From the NCBI GenBank assembly GCA_035298905.1, contig DATGXQ010000622.1, forward strand, positions 1 through 8,342: DNA of 8,342 nt, read 5' to 3'. Within the stretch, counting starts at the first letter, position 1. Each line of letters starts with the position of its first letter. Source of the DNA: Nostocaceae cyanobacterium (lineage in GTDB: Bacteria > Cyanobacteriota > Cyanobacteriia > Cyanobacteriales > Nostocaceae). The position numbers and the translations under genes are program-made. Under the pieces are notes generated by a model that did not search any database, had not been told where the DNA came from, and saw only the letters and a program-made list of their open reading frames with translations. Shown one piece after another: positions 1-5,348 of this stretch.

Positions 1-761
1 TCATCCTACCGTCAATTACTAAAGACACTCTCCAGCAAATTTGTCACCATGTCAAATATCGCAAGTTAGTTTATGACGACTGGCAAATGGTTAACAAACA
101 GGGTCGCGGTTTAGGTATCAATGCTTTATTTTACGGTAGTAGTGGCTTAGGTAAAACCACCGCCGCCGAAATTATCGCCAAAGAATTAGACCTAGACCTC
201 TATCGAGTTGACCTGAGTGCTGTAGTCAGTAAATATGTAGGTGAAACTGAAAAAAACCTCTCCCAAATTTTTGATGCCGCAGAATCCGGGAGTGTAGTTT
301 TGCTGTTTGATGAAGCCGATGCCTTGTTTGGCAAACGTTCTGAAGTCAAAGACTCCAAAGACCGCTACGCAAACATGGAGGTTAGTTACCTATTGCAAAG
401 AATGGAAGCCTACCGGGGCTTATCAATTCTCACCACCAATAAAGAAGATGATATGGATGGGGCTTTCCGCCGCAGATTACGCTTTATTGTGGAATTTCCC
501 TTTCCCAAAATACCAGAACGCATGGAACTATGGCGGCGGGCTTTTCCACCCCAAATGCCTACTGAGGGTTTAGATTTTGAGAAATTAGCCCAACTCAATG
601 CCACCGGTGCAAACATTCGCAGTATTGCCCTCCATGCCGCATTTATTGCCGCAGCCGCAGGAGAACCATTAAAAATGACTCACATGTTACAGGCTACCCG
701 TCAGGAAATGACAAAGTTGGGTAAGTCTTTAACAGCCGCAGATATTGAAGATTGGGTGTAG
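1..761 (+). CDS. AAA+ ATPase, C-terminal part (5'-partial, continues off the left edge); contractile-injection-system-associated (Afp15/Cis15-like) family
   Basis: The frame is open from nt 3 with no stop before the ATG at 87, so the gene starts upstream of the window. Motifs: Walker A GSSGLGKT (135-158), Walker B VVLLFDEAD (294-320), sensor-1 ILTTN, Arg-rich FRRRLRF, and the KYVGETEKNL and RYANMEVSYLLQRME blocks typical of this ATPase family. Stop is TAG at 759-761. A DUF4255 gene follows directly, as in eCIS loci. Confidence 0.9.
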   Translation, partial: ILPSITKDTLQQICHHVKYRKLVYDDWQMVNKQGRGLGINALFYGSSGLGKTTAAEIIAKELDLDLYRVDLSAVVSKYVGETEKNLSQIFDAAESGSVVLLFDEADALFGKRSEVKDSKDRYANMEVSYLLQRMEAYRGLSILTTNKEDDMDGAFRRRLRFIVEFPFPKIPERMELWRRAFPPQMPTEGLDFEKLAQLNATGANIRSIALHAAFIAAAAGEPLKMTHMLQATRQEMTKLGKSLTAADIEDWV

Positions 762-815
762 GGGAGAGGGGGGACACGGAGAGGGGAGAGGTGGATGAGG
801 GAGATGAGGAGAAAT
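761..815. repeat. Polypurine (G/A) tract of about 55 nt directly after the ATPase stop codon
   Basis: The sequence is ggggagaggggggacacggagaggggagaggtggatgagggagatgaggagaa. All but 5 positions are purines on the + strand. Confidence 0.85.
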
Positions 816-840
816 TGTCCACAGTAATTTCCACATCAGA

Positions 841-882
841 ACTCGGCACTTCGAGAAAATTACTCGGCACTTCGAGAAAATT
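841..882. repeat. Perfect tandem direct repeat, 2 x 21 bp (actcggcacttcgagaaaatt), 21 nt upstream of the DUF4255 start
   Basis: Positions 841-861 and 862-882 are identical by direct reading. The 21-bp period is about two helical turns. Confidence 0.95.
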
Positions 883-903
883 AATCAAAAAAAGGCGCTT
901 GTT

Positions 904-2166
904 ATGAGTAATGATGTTGCAATTGCCACTGTTACGGCTACTTTAAAGTACATTTTAGAAGAGGGAGTGACTAGAAATGGTGGTGCAGTGGAAGTGACCA
1001 CTCTTCCTCCTAATACTGAAGGGGAAGGAATTCCCAAATTAGGTGTAAATCTTTATCTCTACCGGATTACCCCTAATATGGCTATGGCTAACTCAGATTT
1101 GCGTCCCTTGCGTCCTAAAGGGGAGTTAATCAAAAAATTTCATAGTGCGCTAGATTTGCATTACCTGATTACTTTTTATGGTAATGATGCTAAATTAGAG
1201 GCGCAAAAACTCTCTGGTTTAGTGATTCGGACTTTAGCAGATAATCCCATTCTCACCCCAGAGTTGATTACTAGAGCTTTAGCCCTATCCACAGATCCAG
1301 ATTTGGGGCGATCGGATCTCATGGAACAAACTGATAGAGTCAGAGTAACACCAAATTTCTTAACTAACGATGAGCTATCAAAAATTTGGTCAACTTTGGT
1401 ACAAACACCATACCGTTTATGTCTAGCTTATCAAGCCAGCATGGTATTACTTGAAGGGACAAGACATGGTGAAGTACCTCTACCCTTGCGGGAACGTCGT
1501 TCTTATCTCATTCCTAATCAGCCTGTGATTGAACGTGTTTTATCTGATGCTGGACAATGGAAACCTATTTTGGCAAATAGCACTTTACTCATTCAAGGTA
1601 AGCAGTTAGCAGGAGTACAAACATGGGTGCAACTCGGTTCTCAAAAATTCTCACCCCAAAACGTCACAGATACGGAAGTAACACTATCTTTAGCAGAAAT
1701 AAATCCCGAAGATTTACGAGCAGGGATTCAGAGTGTGCAGATTGTGCATTTTCAAGCAGACACTCCCGAACCTCTACCAGCTGTAGAGTCAAATGTAGTT
1801 GCTTTTGTCTTATGTCCTGCTATTGAATCTGTGGGAGTTGAGAATCTGCAAATGCAACGCAGAGGTACTAGAGATGGCCAGATTACCCTAGAGTTAAATA
1901 TGCAGGTGGGGACAACTCAGCGAGTGCTATTGCTACTCAATGAAGTGCCAGGTGATTCTGGTGATGGGTCAGGTGCTTATATTTTTAAGGCAGAAAAGCG
2001 AACAACAGAGACGCGATCGCCTGTATTTTTATGCCAAAATGTGAAAGTAGGAACTTATTTAGTCAGAGTACAAGTTGATGGGGCAGCCAGTCAATTAAAA
2101 GTCGATAATAATCCTGAAAGTCCCACCTTTGATCAATACAACGAACCTCTATTAGTAATTGAGTAA
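904..2166 (+). CDS. DUF4255 (Pvc16/Afp16 N-terminal-like, tail-terminator family) protein with a C-terminal beta-rich extension of about 215 aa
   Basis: The N-terminal 200 aa or so match the DUF4255 pattern as I recall it (MSNDVAIATVTATLKYILEEG..., LGVNLYLYRITPN, LDLHYLITFYG, EAQKLSGLVIRTLADNPILT). Residues 205-420 (nt 1516-2163) read as two beta-sandwich-like segments: LLIQGKQLAG..VQLG..VTDTEVTLSL..AGIQSVQIV and ITLELNMQVG..VKVGTYLVRVQVDGAAS. Start is ATG and stop is TAA. Confidence 0.85.
   Translation: MSNDVAIATVTATLKYILEEGVTRNGGAVEVTTLPPNTEGEGIPKLGVNLYLYRITPNMAMANSDLRPLRPKGELIKKFHSALDLHYLITFYGNDAKLEAQKLSGLVIRTLADNPILTPELITRALALSTDPDLGRSDLMEQTDRVRVTPNFLTNDELSKIWSTLVQTPYRLCLAYQASMVLLEGTRHGEVPLPLRERRSYLIPNQPVIERVLSDAGQWKPILANSTLLIQGKQLAGVQTWVQLGSQKFSPQNVTDTEVTLSLAEINPEDLRAGIQSVQIVHFQADTPEPLPAVESNVVAFVLCPAIESVGVENLQMQRRGTRDGQITLELNMQVGTTQRVLLLLNEVPGDSGDGSGAYIFKAEKRTTETRSPVFLCQNVKVGTYLVRVQVDGAASQLKVDNNPESPTFDQYNEPLLVIE
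2013..2020. repeat. HIP1 octamer GCGATCGC (a second perfect copy is at 3938-3945; 7/8 copies are near 1309 and 5287)
   Basis: Direct reading. HIP1 is over-represented in many cyanobacterial genomes, which supports the taxonomic inference. Confidence 0.8.
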
Positions 2167-2172
2167 AACTAA

Positions 2173-2292
2173 ATGCTCAAAAATATCCAAGATGCTGTTT
2201 GGGGAATGGCGGCACGATTAGCTAGGGCAGCGTTCAAAGCTGAATTCGGAAATCATACCAAAGTCCCACAAACAGCAATAATACCAATTTAA
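2173..2292 (+). CDS. Hypothetical 39-aa ORF (MLKNIQDAVWGMAARLARAAFKAEFGNHTKVPQTAIIPI) 6 nt after the DUF4255 stop; may be a gene remnant
   Basis: The ATG at 2173 follows the TAA at 2164-2166 closely. The ORF ends in a TAA at 2290-2292 that overlaps the first two bases of the AAAATTC heptamer array. There is no clear Shine-Dalgarno sequence and no recognisable domain. Confidence 0.2.
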   Translation: MLKNIQDAVWGMAARLARAAFKAEFGNHTKVPQTAIIPI

Positions 2293-2317
2293 AATTCAAA
2301 ATTCAAAATTCAAAATT
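2291..2317. repeat. STRR-type tandem heptamer array (AAAATTC) x about 3.9
   Basis: Direct reading gives aaaattc aaaattc aaaattc aaaatt. Tandem heptamers are characteristic of heterocystous cyanobacterial intergenic DNA. Confidence 0.9.
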
Positions 2318-2358
2318 AAGAAATCCAGATGTAACAATGGTTTCTGATTTTGGATATG

Positions 2359-2386
2359 TTGCAGAATTTTAGAGAATTGGTATAAT
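2359..2386 (+). promoter_or_regulatory. Sigma70-like promoter candidate: TTGCAG - 16 nt - (TGg)TATAAT, with no downstream + strand ORF
   Basis: The -35-like TTGCAG is at 2359-2364. An extended -10 TGgTATAAT is at 2378-2386. The predicted TSS is near 2393. It points into a 120-nt non-coding stretch ending in a T-run (2464-2475), then runs antisense into the NlpC/P60 gene. In AT-rich spacer DNA this could be a chance match. Confidence 0.3.
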
Positions 2387-2510
2387 TCCTAATGCAAAAT
2401 CATTTACACATCAAAGTCAATGATTTACAAGGATGAAAACTACTCATCAGCCTCCGTCAGCACCTTATTTTTTTAGGTAATTATTTTTGCTCACGTACCG
2501 ATTTACTATT

Positions 2511-3233
2511 TTAATTAAATTGTTGCCACTTGACAAGATAAACAGGAACTTTCACCCAATAATTATTTTGATCAGGTACTTGAACTGTAATTACTTTTCT
2601 CACCCCTGGATCTGCTTCAATCCAAACATTATCACCTATATATCCTAAAGTATGTACACCATCCTGAGTTACTGCAATATCTCCTTTTTGGATTTTTGTA
2701 TGATCCAATTCATTAATGCTATTAGCACTCATAAATACTTTGGTTTTATCTCGATAACCTTGGGCTAAAGCTTGAGCAGAAGTATCAAACCACCAAAGAG
2801 AAAATCCTTCTCTAATTAGTTTTGGGTTTAGGGAAATGAAACCATATTTTAAATTAGCATTGACTAAACCTTGTCTGACTAAACCTGAACAGTCAATCCC
2901 GACTCTATTTTCTCCTCCCCAAACATATTTAGTTCCATTAAAAGCTTGCATTTCTTGGACGTAATACTCTCTGAGGGTGTTTGTATCGGCTGCATTTCCA
3001 GGTAAAATCATAATTAGGCTAATTATGAATGTGAGCAATAAATAAGTGAAGCGAATAATTTTATATTGCCAGAATAACCATAATCCACCAAATAACAGCC
3101 AGAGAAATAATAAAACTGTGGCTAAACGTAAAATTCCATAGCTGATAGGATAAAACAGTAAAATAATCAAGAAAAACCAAGACCAACTCCATAAATGTAA
3201 TAAATAGCGACGCTTGATAATTTTTAATGTCAT
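2511..3233 (-). CDS. Membrane-anchored NlpC/P60 (C40) family peptidoglycan endopeptidase
   Basis: The N-terminal 80 aa or so are strongly hydrophobic, suggesting about three TM helices (WSWSWFFLIILLFYPISYGIL..., VLLFLWLLFGGLWLFW, YLLLTFIISLIMILPG). The catalytic domain has YVWGGENRVGIDCSGLVRQ (Cys motif) and GDIAVTQDGVHTLGYIGDNVWIEA (His motif). I place the start at the ATG (3231-3233, complement), which is preceded by GGGAGA. The ORF-track start at 3248 is a TTG. Confidence 0.85.
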   Translation of the reverse strand: MTLKIIKRRYLLHLWSWSWFFLIILLFYPISYGILRLATVLLFLWLLFGGLWLFWQYKIIRFTYLLLTFIISLIMILPGNAADTNTLREYYVQEMQAFNGTKYVWGGENRVGIDCSGLVRQGLVNANLKYGFISLNPKLIREGFSLWWFDTSAQALAQGYRDKTKVFMSANSINELDHTKIQKGDIAVTQDGVHTLGYIGDNVWIEADPGVRKVITVQVPDQNNYWVKVPVYLVKWQQFN

Positions 3234-3442
3234 TTTGTTATCTCCCAAAACTGTTGGATTTTATTCAACAAAGTAGATTTTCTGGTTTTTGATGCGTCAG
3301 GTGAGGCATCCTATGCACTGAAACTTATACAAAAATCAAAAGTTAAATTTCGGCTAATTGATGAATTATTTCTCATCCCTATTCACCAGTCACTAATCAC
3401 CAATCTGTTGTATCCTCAAAAAAGTTGTTTAGTTTTTAGTTT

Positions 3443-4312
3443 ATGTCTGCATCTCAAAGATTACGGGAATTATTAGCGCGTCCAGAAATTATCATTATTC
3501 CTGGTGTTTATGACTGTCTGAGTGCTAAACTGGCTCAAAAGGTGGGTTTTGAAGTAGCAGCAACTAGCGGTTTTGGTATCGCTGCTTCGACTTTGGGTTT
3601 ACCAGATTATGGCTTTTTGACTGCGACGGAAGTGCTTTATAGTGTAGGAAGGATTGCACAATCTATTAATATTCCTTTGATTGCAGATTTAGATACAGGT
3701 TATGGAAATGCTTTAAATGTGATGCGGACTGTTAAAGATGCGGTGAGATTGGGGTTAGCTGGGGTAATTTTGGAAGACCAGGAATGGCCGAAAAAGTGCG
3801 GACATTTTGAGGGGAAACGGGTAATTTCTGCTTTGGAACATGCGGGAAAGATTCGTGCTGCGGTGGATGCTAGGGGGGATAGTGGGTTGGTGATTATTGC
3901 GCGGACAGATGCACGGGGGGTTTTGGGTTTGGAAGAAGCGATCGCTCGTGGACAATTGTACATTAATGCGGGTGCAGATGTCTTGTTTGTGGAAGCACCG
4001 CAATCGGTGGAAGAGTTACAAATTATCGCTGCGGCTTTCCCCAATACTCCCTTAGTCGCTAACATTGTCGAAGGTGGGAAAACTCCCGAAATCTCCACCG
4101 CAGATTTACAAAAATTGGGTTTTAAGATTGTCTTCTTCCCCCTCACCACATTAATGGCTGCAACGGAAGTGATTAGTGCTAGTTTACAGCATCTTAAAAC
4201 ACAGGGAACAACCGCTAACTTTCCCGGTTTGATGAATTTTCGAGATTTTCAAGAATTAATCGGTGTTCCCCAATATCTGCAAATTGAAAAAAAGTATACT
4301 GGTGATTGGTGA
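3443..4312 (+). CDS. Isocitrate lyase/PEP mutase superfamily enzyme (2-methylisocitrate lyase / oxaloacetate decarboxylase-like; often annotated as carboxyvinyl-carboxyphosphonate phosphorylmutase)
   Basis: Supporting blocks: PGVYDCLSAKLAQKVGFEVAATSG, IPLIADLDTGYGNALNV, and GVILEDQEWPKKCGH carrying the ICL-type K-[KR]-C-G-H signature (3791-3805), plus IIARTDA and GADVLFVEAP. The stop TGA is formed inside the GGTGATT heptamer array. Confidence 0.9.
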   Translation: MSASQRLRELLARPEIIIIPGVYDCLSAKLAQKVGFEVAATSGFGIAASTLGLPDYGFLTATEVLYSVGRIAQSINIPLIADLDTGYGNALNVMRTVKDAVRLGLAGVILEDQEWPKKCGHFEGKRVISALEHAGKIRAAVDARGDSGLVIIARTDARGVLGLEEAIARGQLYINAGADVLFVEAPQSVEELQIIAAAFPNTPLVANIVEGGKTPEISTADLQKLGFKIVFFPLTTLMAATEVISASLQHLKTQGTTANFPGLMNFRDFQELIGVPQYLQIEKKYTGDW

Positions 4313-4342
4313 TTGGTGATTGGTGATTGGGTACTGGGTATT
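4301..4342. repeat. STRR heptamer array (GGTGATT) x 4, then GGGTACT and GGGTATT; overlaps the last 4 codons of the upstream CDS
   Basis: Direct reading gives ggtgatt four times (4301-4328), then gggtact gggtatt (4329-4342). Confidence 0.95.
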
Positions 4343-4430
4343 AATTCTTATTGACCCGATATCCCAATCTGTGTATTTTCCTGCTGACTTAATTACAAAA
4401 TATAGCAATCCTAAATGAGATGTGAACAGT

Positions 4431-4458
4431 CCCAATACCCAATACCCAATACCCAATA
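4431..4458. repeat. STRR heptamer array (CCCAATA) x 4, the reverse complement of the GGGTATT register, inverted relative to the 4301-4342 array
   Basis: Direct reading gives cccaata four times, followed by cccc. Confidence 0.95.
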
Positions 4459-4502
4459 CCCCGCCTCCACGAGTCAATTCATAACTCAAATCGGATTCTT
4501 AT

Positions 4503-5156
4503 ATGGTTAATTCACCACCAATTTTAGAAACTATTCTCACCGATTCTTGGGTTGCCGTAACTTGGGAAGATTTTCTCACATTTGCAGATGACCCAATGTT
4601 AGTAAATGGTAGATTTTATTATGATGAAGGTTCTATGATGATTGAAATATCTCCGCTAGGTTCTGCCCACGGTCAAATTCATAGTATTACTGCCAATTTA
4701 ATTATCTTATATGCCACAATCAAAAATATTACCATCAAAGGATTAATCAATACCAGTTTTAGGAAAATAGGAATTAGAGGCTGTCAGCCAGATATGGCTT
4801 TTTATATTGGCAATAATCTGAATTTACCTCCTCGCAATAATGCACCAGTTAATTTAGATAAAGTAGATCCACCCACTTTAGTCATAGAAATCGCCGCTTA
4901 TTCCTTAGAAGATGACACAACCCGCAAACAGAAACTTTATCAAAGATTAGGAGTAGCAGAGTATTGGGTAATTGATGTGAATAAAAATCGAGTAATTGCC
5001 ACTTGTTTAGATGCTCATACAACTATACCAATTCAAGAATCACAGGTTTTACCAGGCTTAAAGATTGAGTTAATTGAATTAGCTTTGCAAAAGTCGCAAA
5101 CTGAAGATGATGGTGCAATTAATAGATGGTTATTGTCAAATTTTGGTCAGAATTAA
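4503..5156 (+). CDS. Uma2 family (DUF820) PD-(D/E)XK putative endonuclease
   Basis: Family hallmarks are present: QPDMAFY (catalytic Asp region), PTLVIEIAAYSLEDDTTRKQKLY (E-x-K region) and RLGVAEYWVIDV. Length is 217 aa, with an ATG start and TAA stop. Confidence 0.9.
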   Translation: MVNSPPILETILTDSWVAVTWEDFLTFADDPMLVNGRFYYDEGSMMIEISPLGSAHGQIHSITANLIILYATIKNITIKGLINTSFRKIGIRGCQPDMAFYIGNNLNLPPRNNAPVNLDKVDPPTLVIEIAAYSLEDDTTRKQKLYQRLGVAEYWVIDVNKNRVIATCLDAHTTIPIQESQVLPGLKIELIELALQKSQTEDDGAINRWLLSNFGQN

Positions 5157-5170
5157 TTATAGTAGAATTC

Positions 5171-5205
5171 AGGAGTCAGGAGTCAGTAGCCAGAAGTTAG
5201 GAGAC
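5171..5205. repeat. Degenerating STRR heptamer array (AGGAGTC AGGAGTC AGTAGCC AGAAGTT AGGAGAC)
   Basis: Direct reading. There are two perfect copies followed by three diverged copies. Confidence 0.8.
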
Positions 5206-5220
5206 ATTTTCGGGAATGAA

Positions 5221-5250
5221 TGTAGAGACGTTCCATGGAACGTCTCTACA
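5221..5250. repeat. Perfect 30-bp palindrome tgtagagacgttcc|atgg|aacgtctctaca (13-bp stem, 4-nt loop); possible terminator or dispersed palindromic element
   Basis: The first 15 nt are the exact reverse complement of the last 15 nt. It lies 65 nt after the Uma2 stop and is followed by aaaggtttt, so there is no immediate U-tract. That makes the intrinsic-terminator assignment only tentative. Confidence 0.85.
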
Positions 5251-5282
5251 AAGGTTTTGATATTATGTAATATTATTTCCCT

Positions 5283-5311
5283 TTGACGATCGCCAATACA
5301 TGTTGTATAAA
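5283..5311 (+). promoter_or_regulatory. Sigma70-like promoter candidate for the NLR-like locus: TTGACG - 17 nt - TATAAA
   Basis: TTGACG is at 5283-5288 and TATAAA at 5306-5311, with a 17-nt spacer. The predicted TSS is near 5318. This gives about 30 nt of leader to the ATG at 5349, which has a GAGG Shine-Dalgarno at 5340-5343. Confidence 0.35.
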
Positions 5312-5348
5312 GTGATCATCTAGCAGAATGCCATCGGGTGAGGTGGGG

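Noticed and set aside
307-616. ORFs 307-573 (+) and 410-616 (-) inside the ATPase gene
   Set aside because: These are alternative-frame and antisense shadow ORFs within a CDS with strong AAA+ motifs. Their composition is low-complexity and they have no motifs.
694-888. 64-aa ORF on the minus strand spanning the ATPase 3' end and the spacer
   Set aside because: Its translation is a direct product of the polypurine tract (SSSPSSTSPLSVSPLS) and the 21-bp tandem repeat (FLEVPSNFLEVPS). It overlaps the well-supported ATPase CDS, so it is a repeat artefact.
1623-1826. 67-aa ORF in another + frame inside the DUF4255 gene
   Set aside because: It lies wholly within a longer, motif-supported frame. 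Its Ser/Arg/Cys-rich translation is typical of an out-of-frame reading.
2392-2436. 14-codon mini-ORF (MQNHLHIKVNDLQG) downstream of the orphan promoter-like site
   Set aside because: It is too short, has no RBS, and begins at the predicted TSS. It is most likely fortuitous in AT-rich spacer DNA.
3234-3248. TTG start at 3248 extending the NlpC/P60 protein by 5 residues (MGDNK)
   Set aside because: An ATG 15 nt downstream is preceded by GGGAGA at a suitable distance. That same GGGAGA is what the TTG-initiated extension would be translating.
3700-4149. Antisense ORFs 3700-4149 and 3755-4003 (-)
   Set aside because: Both lie entirely inside the ICL/PEPM-family CDS, whose frame carries the diagnostic KKCGH and DLDTGYG motifs. 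They are shadow ORFs.
3443-4312. True PEP mutase marking a phosphonate biosynthetic cluster
   Set aside because: The active-site loop reads EDQEWPKKCGH. That is the isocitrate-lyase/methylisocitrate-lyase type Cys signature, not the EDK...K.NS pattern I recall for PEP mutases. No phosphonopyruvate decarboxylase or other phosphonate genes are adjacent.
4256-4489. 77-aa minus-strand ORF across the 4313-4502 spacer
   Set aside because: It is kept open mainly by the two heptamer arrays (GIGYWVLG and NHQSPITS are repeat translations). It also overlaps the 3' end of the upstream CDS.
4503-5156. Uma2 gene as a transposase or mobile element
   Set aside because: Uma2/DUF820 proteins are PD-(D/E)XK nuclease-fold proteins, not known transposases. 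No terminal inverted repeats or target-site duplications bracket the gene. The flanking repeats are different heptamer families.
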